Assembly: GCA_030704615.1 (NCBI GenBank)
Contig: CM060732.1
Span: 59,706,001-59,770,000, forward strand
Reading direction: 5' to 3'
Source: Takakia lepidozioides
Lineage: Eukaryota > Plantae > Bryophyta
Length of the DNA: 64,000 bases
The notes beneath the pieces were generated by a model that was not told the DNA's origin, searched no databases, and saw only the letters and a program-made list of their open reading frames with translations. Made by a program: the position numbers and the translations under genes. Shown here one piece after another: positions 54,064 through 64,000 of this stretch; position 1 is the stretch's first letter, and each line of letters opens with the position of its first letter.

Positions 54064-57000
54064 TTAGGCATTGAGCTTGGATAGCAGGATCTTATTGAGG
54101 AGTGCTGGATTCACTCTTCCACCTGACACCTTCATCACCTGCATCAAAGCAGCATGGCTTCCAATTATATCCTGCTGCCTGAACACAGTTTTGGTAAAGC
54201 TACCCTCATTACCACATGCACACATGGATCTCCTGCCCTTTTCCGCCCAAAGTCTGTTAGTATAGACATGCATGCAGAATCGATATCTCTGTCCTCTCTC
54301 TGTGCCTCATGCTACTCAACTTCTTGCCAAGGAGAGGGTCAACCTGTCCGACAAAGAATCCTTGAAGTTTAGTCTTGCCACTTCGATAGAGCTCAACCTG
54401 CTTCGCATTCTCTGTCAAGACTGTGTCCACCAGACTCTCGATTGCAACAGTATCCGATATCTGCCCCAACCCAGCATCCACTGTGGATCAAAACCCAACA
54501 TCCTTTCCGAATCCACAATATCTGGCAAGATCCCAGCAACAAGCTTGCTACTGCTAACAAGTACAATGTCAGCCTCCAGCATCTTGTGCTTCATTCCTCT
54601 ACCAGTCCACGTTAATCGACAGTGGCACCAACTTGAATGACAATGTTCTTGCGTACAAGACATTATGGAAAAATGGAGCACATTTTTCTTCAGGAATGCA
54701 GTGTCACCTTGATGATCTCACGCTAGCATTACAAAAATTGTCTAGACCTCACAGAAGGTAGACAGTACAATCTCAACAACAAAAACAACGGTCATTGTCT
54801 AGCAGGAGACAAATACACACCTGACTAAGACCTTTTGACTCAATTGCCTGCTTAGCACTGATTCCTTTTTCAAGAAGTTCTGGCAGTACCTGGCAGCAAT
54901 ACAAGATGCCACTGAACAACTGTATGAGAGGGTCATTTCTTATTGGCCAATGGTGTGGTCATCCCTATAAAGTGCAGAGTGAACCAGCCTTGCAAGGGAG
55001 AAGTAACAAAAACAAATGGATACCATATCCAAGGCAGAGAAGAAGCTCTTCAGAAGTTGAAATGAACTAACAATAGATCAGAAAGAAGAAAGAAAAGAAA
55101 TTAATAAGGCAAAACAAGTGAAGGAAAAACATACAGTAAACAACAAACACAACTGCAGTCTTCTATCTTATAGAGTCAATGCCAGAGTACAAGGCGTTCA
55201 ACGACACCATTTTCTGCTAAGACTTCCCACTGACTTCATGAGCTCCCAACAGTGGGTACAGACATACAGAATAGTCATCTTTCCAGAAATTAAACGGAAG
55301 ATAGAGTCACAAAACAATGGTAGCAATCACAGGAGACGACTATAATGAAAGAAAGCAGAATGGTCACTAGAAAACCATGAAAACAATAGCAGGAACTTCA
55401 TAGTACCAAGGAAAAGAAGAGAAGAAAATCTGAACAGGCAAATGGAAAGAATGGAAAAAAAGAAGACATACCTCCTTGCCAATTTTGCCACTGATGGTAC
55501 CATCCTTGATAAGGCCAATAAGCTCTGCCAATGTTGCTGGCTTCAACTTAACTTCAGCGACTGATAGTTTCTCACTTTTGAGATAGGCAGCAATATCGCC
55601 CATTATCCAATTGGCAGCCAGTTTGACATCTGCACCCTTTGCAACTGTGTCATCAAAGAATGCTGCCACCTGCCATCCCAGCACCAAGCAGATCTAAGCA
55701 ACTGGTGCTTGATATCTTGCAAAGCACTTTTCAAAGTGCTGCTCACAGCTTACGTATCTGCAGCATCCCAAGGCATCTACACACCGTGTCGGGACCCACA
55801 CAACACTTCTCGATAGCCATGCCCCAACTCTAAGTGCCTTACATCAATTGCTATAATCACAAGCACAAACACAGTCCCTCTCTTACTCTGCTCGGCCACA
55901 AGGCTACGGCAAACAACGTCTTATGAGTACAATCTTACTCTGCTCAACTTGGAAGGAAGATGATCACATTAAACAGGAGAAAAGGTAATGATAATGGGCC
56001 ATACATCAGAGTCATTCGCCAGCACAAGCACGTCCTGCATAGAGAGGCCCAGGTTCTCATAGCGCCGGCGCTTTGCATTGGGAAGCTCTGGTAACGTGTT
56101 TTGGGTAGCATCCACGAAATCCTGGGTCAACATAATTTCTAGAAGATCCGGTTCTGGAAAATAACGGTAATCAGCCAGCCCTTCCTTCTTGCGCATAGAT
56201 ATGGTCCGCTGCCCCAACACTCCAATCCTTATGTGACTGGCTAAATCACCACCGAACTTCACTGCTGTGACTCTTTGTGCCCATTCAACATATCTTCACT
56301 GCTGTACCTATCTTTCTTCACAGTTAACTACATAAAGCCTCAACCTACATGATTCCAACAATCTCTTCAAACCACATGTAATCGAGCTGAGATAAGATTG
56401 TGAGTTAGCTCCTGCTGTTACTTCAAAGGGCATCCCCCCCAAGGAAACAATTTTCCCAAATCCAAAGATAGCAAAGCTCAGTTACAAGACAGAGGCAAAC
56501 CTGAGAGCCCTCTTCCCATAGTCTAGTCTCCAGCATAATTTGGTCACCACAACCTTCTTGCTCTAGTCTGACCTGCCTGTCAATTTCAAATTCAATGGCC
56601 CGCTGCATGGCAGAAAAAGAGTTCATGTTCTTTATCTCCACCTGCACTCCCGCCCCCCCACAAGTAGCTGTCAGCATTCCTTCATCCCTGTAGATGTAAG
56701 CATCTTATACAAACACAGATAATCACATGAAGTAAATGCAATGCACTCTGAACATACACCAGTTTGAGTGGGCCTTGTCCTATCTGGCTGCAATTGACCA
56801 CAAGCAACTATGAAATCCTCAACCGATATCCTGATCACCTGAAAACCTCGTACCTCCACAGAAATGTGAAAGGCTAGACTCAGAGACTTCAACCACGCAA
56901 ACAAGCATGTGAAAATCCCCTATGAAGACATTAGTACTAGAGCGCATCCTCCAATTCCATCACAAAGTAAGAAGGAGGCTCAATGTGGAGACCTTTGTAC

Positions 57001-58016
57001 CAAACTGGGGTCGACCCTTGGGTCGTACAGATATATTAACGTCACATCGCATGGAACCTTCTTGCATGTTGCCATTGCTAATACCCAAGTAGCGCACCAT
57101 GCGCTGCAACTCGGCTGCATACTCTGCTGCCTCCAGCCCCGTACGCATCTCCGGCTCCGACACCACCTCGAGCAGTGGCACACCTGCCCTGTTCAAATCC
57201 ACCTGCCATTCCCACGAGTCAGACTCGGTTTCCACCCCAGTCTAGCAACCTGCAAAACCCTTCCCCCCTTTCTTTGCTCATGTCATTCTCTTACACAAAT
57301 GAGAAGAGAGAAAGACGGGAGCTGGATACCTGCGAGGAAGAGGAGCCCGACAGCCCGTCACCACCGGCATGAATCAACTTGCCAGCATCTTCCTCGATAT
57401 GGACTCTCGTAATTCCAAAACGTCGATGACCACCTCCAAATTCCACCGGAAGATCAATGTCAATGTAACCACTGGTTGCTATAGGAATGTCGAACTGTGA
57501 AATTTGATAGCCTTTTGGAAGATCCGGATAGAAGTACTGCTTGCGGTCAAACTTCGACCTCAGAGAAATTTGAGAATGAAGGGCGAGCCCCAGCCTCACA
57601 GCAAATTCTACTACTTTTTCGTTGAGAGCAGGGAGGGCTCCTGGAAGGCCCATGCAAACGGGGCAGACATTCGCATTCGGCTTCCCGCCATACTCTGATG
57701 GGCAGGAGCAAAATGCCTTGGTAGCAGTGCCCAATTGCACATGCGTCTCTATGCCTATCACCGCCTCGTACTCTAGTCCAGCTTCTGTTACAGCGTTGCT
57801 ACTCTCCTTCGTAACAACACGGGACACGGAGCACGGCCTGTGCCTCGTGGTTGTAGACACGAAATGCAGACAACTTGTCAAGGGCAAGACCCGAAATGAG
57901 TTTCTCTGCAACTGTGGACGTAAGAAGGCCCCTGCTCCCTCCAACAACACGGACAGCTCATGAGTTCTAGGACGCCATGCTCCCCGGGCCAATCCCAGGC
58001 AACGTGCAGACGCCAT
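54064..58016 (-). CDS. GATB: Glu/Asp-tRNA amidotransferase subunit B, organellar, multi-exon
   Basis: [120 protein letters not shown] across GT-AG exons. Confidence 0.95.
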
Positions 58017-58149
58017 AGCTCAGTTCAGCGCAGGCAGGACAAGCCTTAGGCCTCGAGGGTCACAAGTCGAAAACCAGGGCCCAAGCGACGGAACGAAAAG
58101 AACAACTGCGGCTGCAGTGAGGTTGCCTTGGGCTGTTTCAAGCACGGAG
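58017..58149. promoter_or_regulatory. Putative compact bidirectional promoter/5'UTR between GATB and PPR-E
   Basis: Only 133 bp between the GATB ATG (58016, -) and the PPR-E exon-1 ATG (58150, +); contains GGGCCCA (site II-like). Confidence 0.5.
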
Positions 58150-61100
58150 ATGGCAGCGTGCACTGGCGCACTCAGGCGTGCACAGGGAGGGGCAACACCC
58201 AAAGCCCTGCCTTGTGTTTGCGCTGAATGGGCAGGAGGACTCACCTCATGCAGCAGATTAACGACCCAATTTCTGGAGCTGAATGGGGCGCCCATCTTAC
58301 TGATGCCGGATCCACGATTCTTGCAAGGGAAGGCTGCGATGCCTCCCCAGCCTCCAAAGAAATCGAAGAAAGGTGTGAGACATGCAACTATTTCTTAGTT
58401 TTTGGGTTTCCAAGCTTCTTAGGATCGGAGCGATCCCTCCATGTTGTCCAAGTAAAAGGACTCGCATTTCTGTCGCAGTCCACTTTTTGGTCTGCAGGAA
58501 TGTGAGCGTAATCGGCACCCGTGTCCCCCTTTCATCAGCTCCCTAAGTAAAATTCCTGCATATTTGGAACTTCTGGTGTACTTCTCTTCCTTTCTTAAAT
58601 TAACTGAGAGAGAAATAAGGTACTTGGGTGGCTTTCCGGCCCAGAACGGAGGGAAAGAGACGAAGATTGTTTTAACTCTCAATAAGACTCAGGCAATAAG
58701 GAGTTTCTAAAAATCTATGTTATAGATGCAGGCCCAGAAATATTCAGTGTTCACCTTTGGCAGGATTGCACTCTCCTTGGCACTGGTGGGACAACTGGTC
58801 GAGAGCTATCTCTATTGTTACCCAAGGATTTAGAGTTCCTGCGATGGAATTATTCTTTTTACTTCGTGAAGCTTGTATGATGGTTTTGAAGTGGACGTTT
58901 GTCTCAATACTTTGATTAGAACCTTTGTCCGCTACAACCTGCCCGAGACTGATTGATGGTCAAGTAGACACTAGCATTGAAGTTGGCTTGTTGAAAGCTT
59001 GCCCTGTTGTCTTGAAGCAATGCTTGTGGGAGCTTTTGTGGTTGTAGCCTGGTCTATCCGAGGCTGGGGTTCAAGCTATGGCTGCTCAGCTACCCACTTG
59101 TGGTTATCTCAGAATTGTCCAAGATCACTGGACTTCAGAGATATGTGCACAAAGGTGGTCCTGGGAATTGCGAGTCTGTCAACCCCTCCTTGGGTGGAAG
59201 CAGAGCTGGCTACCTGTACAGAAGTTCAGTTGCAATGTGGTGATGGGTTTTCTGTCAATGGATGCCCTGGGGCACCAGGCCAAGATTGCAACAGGTATTA
59301 TTTTCACAACGATGCATGGGCTCCAACTCAAACTTCATGACATCAGGTCTCTAGGTAGACAAAATAACAAAAATAAACTGTACCTATGTGTAATATATAG
59401 ACCACATCATCTCTATCATGTCGATCCTTGGTATAAATCAAAATTTGAGCTTTGTTTAGCAAGGTATGATCACCTACAATGACCTACAAAAAGTAAATAA
59501 CGACATTGGGGATCTGCAAAAGTGATAACCACAATAAACTACCTGTTTATAAGAAATGCTGATGTATTTCAGTCAAGCGGCATGCAGGATGGCAGGGTTG
59601 AAACAGAGACAGATGTTTGTTGGACATTATACTGTCGACAGGTGTAACACCTCCACCATCAGCACTACTTTCAAAAGAAGACCAATAGAGGGAATCAACA
59701 AGAATTTAACGCGAACTTGTGGGGATGTGAGGATACTTTGTAAGTCTGGACGACTCAAAGAGGCACTGCACATTTTGAACCAAGGAGTCTCTGGGGTAGA
59801 CTCCAATACGTATGTCTGTCTCTTGCAGGAGTGCATCAACATGAAAGACCTAGCAGGCGGGAAGCAAGTACATGCCCACATTCTCGGAAGTGGCTTAAAG
59901 CCAAACATCTTTGTACAGAACACCCTTGTCAACATGTATGCCAAGTGTGGGAGCCTGGTGGAAGCACACAAAGTCTTTGATGAAATGCGTGAACGAACTT
60001 TGTTTACATGGTCTATGATGATAGGAGGATATGCAAAGCAGGGGTGTGGTAGGGCGGCTTTCGAGATCTATGAGCAAATGCAACGGGAAGGGGTGATGCC
60101 TGACAGGATCTTGTACACTTGTGTTCTCAATGCCTGTGTCAGCCTTGGAGCCCTGGAAAAGGGCAAGCAGGTCCATGCTGACTTCAACAAAAGTGGAATT
60201 GCACCAGATCTCATTTTGGAGAATATTCTTGTTGATATGTATGCCAAATGTGGGAGCATGAAGGATGCTCGTCAGGTTTTTGACAATATGGCACAACGAG
60301 ATGTGGTCTCATGGAACACCATGATCGCAGGATATACCCAGCATGAATGTGGTAGGGAGGCTTTTGAGATCTATGAACAAATGCAATGCAAAGGGGTGGC
60401 ACCAAACAGGGTCACATTCATTTGCGTTCTCAATGCGTGTGCCAGCCAGGGAGCCCTGGAGAAGGGCAGAGATATCCACTCTGACATGATTAAATCTGGT
60501 GTTCCGTCCTATATTAATTTGGAGACTGCCCTTGTGGATATGTATGCCAAATGTGGGAGCATGAAGGATGCGCATGGAGTGTTTGAGAATATGGCTAAAC
60601 GAAATGTGGTCTCATGGAACGCCATGATCTCAGGATATACCCAGCATGGGTGTGGTAGGGAGGCTCTTGAAATGTATGAGCAAATGTGTCAGGAAGCGGT
60701 GACACCCGACCTTGTAACGTTCACTTGCATTGTCAATGCATGTGCCGGCCTAGGATCTCTGGAAAAGGGCAAGAGAGTCCACGCTGACATCAGCAAAGGC
60801 AGAATTTCGCCAGATGTTATTCTGGACACTGCCCTTGTCGACATGTATGCCAAATGTGGGAGCATGAAGGACATGCATCAAGTGTTCAACACCATGACTG
60901 AGCGAAATGTGGTCTCTTGGAGTGTGGTGATTGCAGGATATGCCCAGTATGGGTATCATAAGGAGGCTTTGGAGATGTTTGAGCAAATGCAAGGAGAAGG
61001 TTTGACACCCAATATGTTCACCTTCACTTGCATTCTCAATGTATGTGCCAGCCAAGGAGCCCTGGAAAAGGGCAGGCAGGTCCATTCTGACATCAGCAAA

Positions 61101-61619
61101 AGTGGAAATGTTCCAGACATCATTCTGGAGACTGCTCTGGTGAACATGTATGCCAAAAGTGGGAGCATGAAGGATGCACATCAGGTGTTCAACCATATGA
61201 CTCAAAGAGATGTGGTGTCATGGAGTGCTGTCATCGCAGGATATGCTCAGCATGGGTGTGGTCGGAAGGTACTGAAGATCTATGAACAAATGCAACTAGA
61301 AGGCGTTAAGCCAAATTGTATCACCTTTACAGCCCTTTTCTCTGCATGTAGCCATTTGGGCCTAGTGGATGAAGGTCGTCACTACTTTGATTCCATGACT
61401 CAGGATCATGGCCTCACTCCTTCAGCAGAGCATTTTGGCTGCATGGTGGACCTTCTTGGCCGTGCAGGGCGATTGGATGAGGCAGAAGACTTTATTAACA
61501 CAATGCCAATCAAACCAGAAGCTGGGGTGTGGAACACCTTGCTGGGTGCTTGCAGAATCCATGGCAATGTGGAGCTAGCAGAACGCGCAGCAAAATGCAT
61601 TCTCAAGAGTGAACCTTAA
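58150..61619 (+). CDS. PPR-E: 17-motif PLS-PPR truncated at the E1/E2 boundary, with upstream targeting-peptide and PDF-motif exons (exon 2 frameshifted)
   Basis: Exon 1 58150-58372 (223 nt, same length as PPR-C exon 1), degenerate exon 2 from 58732 (LWQD../HWWDNW), exon 3 59113-59294 (NCPRSLDF..PPWV), main exon from 59588 (ATG 59589); ends KSEP* where paralogues have PQ. Confidence 0.75.
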
Positions 61620-62049
61620 CGTGAAGAAACCCGTGTGCTGCTATCAAACACCTATGCTGCAGCTGGCATGTCCCTGAAAATAAAATGTTGAGAAGGTTAT
61701 GGAGACAGCTGGCAGTTGGACGGTAAATCAATGTTGAGAATTCGTGGAGGAAGAGGTGTCAGAAAGAATCCGAAGCATGAATCGGCATGGACAATACTTC
61801 CACAAATTCCATCCACTCCATCCACAAATTCCAAGCTGTTTTACGGGGATGAATGGGGCCAGCTGCATGGATGTCTTGCTTTGTGTTGCATGATGTGTAG
61901 AACTGAGCCACACTCTCTAGTTGCCAGCACAGTGAGAAGCTGGCCATGGCCTCTGGACTTTTATGAGTACACTGGCAGTTGCTGTATACAATGCCAACTA
62001 TGGTCACCAGCACTTCCATGGTGGCGTTTGTTCTTGTGGAGATGACTGA
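61620..62049 (+). pseudogene. Decayed E2/DYW tail of PPR-E
   Basis: [40 protein letters not shown] in broken frames. Confidence 0.8.
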
Positions 62050-63359
62050 CGAAACAAGCAAAATACAGGGAGTATATGTGCATCTCCACATGTGAGGGTG
62101 CCAAGGTTGTAATTTGTCATTATCTTCCAGGCAAGGAGTGAAGTTGAAAGAACCAAGCTGCATCAGGAAGGTGTCAGCAATCAGAATGTTGGGCCCAAAG
62201 CTTTTAGTATACCCTCAGACTGACGGTTTAATTAACGACTGTCGTAATTTGTGGTAGTTTAGTTTTTTATTGTTCTTTTTGTGTTATTTACAGAAAGGGA
62301 ACAGAGCCCAGCTTCTTATTATATGTTCTTATTAGAAAGGGAACAAGTCCAACACCATGGCATGGCCGAGAGCAACGGAGGAAGGTCGGAATGAGCGAGA
62401 GAGGAGGTAGACAACGTGCGCAATGATAGGGGAACATGTGTGCAACAATAGGGAACGGAAGTGTGCAACAACAGGGGAACAAGTGCGCGTCCATAGGGTC
62501 ACCTACGAAGGTAGAAGAAGCATGGATGATAAACTGACAGGGTCAGCTACGAAGGTAGAAGAAGAATGGATGAAAAACTGACAGGGAGCAGGGGCGGTTA
62601 CCGCACATGCGACATGCATTTGCTTGCTAGGTCTAAGCCATGGCCTGATTAGCTCGCTCTTCTTGCTCGCCTCACGCAATTTACGACTTGTCCATCCAGC
62701 CTTCCCCTCCATTGCCTGCTGCACCACTCATTGCTTCTTCACGGTGGTTCAAGTGGTAGATCTACCCGTGTCTTTTCGTGCCTTCTGCGTTTTTCTCTTC
62801 CTGTCTGACTTTGGGCCCTTCTATATATTTTCTGTAATTTTCTGTCATTGTGTGCGCACCATTATGTATTGGTGGCGTTTTTCGTCTTCTCCTTGCCAGT
62901 TTCCAATTTTATTTTCTTGTCACTGTCTATAATCGACTTGTACTTTCTCCGGCTGGAAGAAAAGGCAGGATCCACACCGACGAATCTTGTTTTGTGTGTT
63001 TTTCCTCTGTCACGTTACGCAACCCCTTCTCTCCACCCACTCTCAATCTTTTCGTTCACCCCTTATAGCCGCTTGAAGGATCATTCTGACTATCTATCAG
63101 AAGAGAGGTATGGCTTTACCACTTCAATCACATTATATCCATATTCTCGTACCTGAAGGATTTTGTTTCTGCTCAATTTCTACAGAGAATTAGGGATGCG
63201 GGGAGTTATGAATGATCCCAGTTTTGTCCATCATGTCTTAATTGTGTCTGAAAGTAGAGGATACACTCATAGGCATAACCATGAATTTTTATCCGATGCT
63301 GTTGAGACCAAGCCAGTAATTGTTGGCGAAGCGAAACCGAATTTTATGACAATCTGGAC

Positions 63360-64000
63360 TTCCTAGATGAGTGCCTGGCAAATTTCCCAAATCAATACTT
63401 GGCACATATAGAAAATGGAAAGTATATGGATTGTACTCATTTAGTGGAAAAACCTTGATCAGAGAATGATAGGCAATATGGCCCACCCCTGCAGGGGGCA
63501 GTAGCAGTGAGGCGAAGTGGCTCTTAGTTGAGCCTTCAATGGCTGGAGTCTCCTCTCTGATAGGCAATAATTCAGAAGCAAGCTTATTCAATCTGGAATG
63601 TGTATTTGGTTACAATGCTTCAAAATGCCAGTGAAATCACTCATTAGGCAATGCTGCTGCCTGATGTTGGAATATAATAGAATTTTATTTTTGCATCTCA
63701 GTGGACCTTATGTTTAGGATGGACATATTCCTGGAGTATTTGCTCAGCATGCACTGCAAACCGGGATTGTCCACATTTCTTCAAGTTGGCACATAAATTC
63801 TCTCTCTCTAACATACTTAATTGGTTGTGGCCATTGGACTCCCGGCCATACTGAACCTAGTTTTTTCCCAAGTAAATCAGCTTTTGATGCTGATAATGTA
63901 GTCCTTGTCTTGATGCCCTCAATGGGTACGGTTACAGCTGGGGAATGGTCTATGGTACCATGCCTCACCCCTTACAGGCAAGGCCTTACCCACATTTTAG
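63360..64000 (-). mobile_element. Possible LINE ORF2 3' remnant
   Basis: Degenerate VCSAC..E..H and IWEI motifs reminiscent of zf-RVT; weak evidence. Confidence 0.25.

Noticed and set aside
58020-58295. Minus-strand uORF ending just before the GATB ATG
   Set aside because: Largely antisense to the conserved PPR-E exon 1; no independent support
61617-61619. TAA stop repairable by U-to-C editing
   Set aside because: Nuclear gene, and the downstream DYW is broken by further frameshifts

Overview
Eukaryotic nuclear DNA from a land plant. The GT-AG introns, plant-type TEs and PLS-class PPR/DYW RNA-editing genes suggest a seed-free, bryophyte-like lineage (inference). The first ~15.5 kb is a nest of repeats and TEs: two ~170-184 bp tandem arrays sharing one palindrome, a CACTA-type subterminal-repeat tract with two nested insertions (a 550-bp TG..CA element with 4-bp TSD and a CCC..GGG/TTAA piggyBac-like element), and a decayed CRE-like RT+REL non-LTR retrotransposon. 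The rest holds housekeeping genes (TIP41-like, organellar S31/bTHX, a CRAL-TRIO/GDAP2-like gene, GatB, a UMP-CMP kinase pseudogene) interleaved with a local PLS-PPR family. One PPR gene has an intact DYW domain, two have intact PPR tracts but independently lost DYW, and three are relics. Main discovery: reading splice sites by hand shows that four PPR paralogues share unannotated 5' exons. These encode a degenerate PDF motif (W-W-D-N-R..K/N-S-P-R-x-P-D-F..L-W..P-P-W), the ssDNA-binding motif of plant organellar OSB proteins, and in three of them also a putative targeting peptide. The motif's second-half exon joins the PPR exon in frame in all four, giving a candidate PDF-PPR(-DYW) fusion family; free PDF-motif relics also lie at 39.5-40.3 kb.
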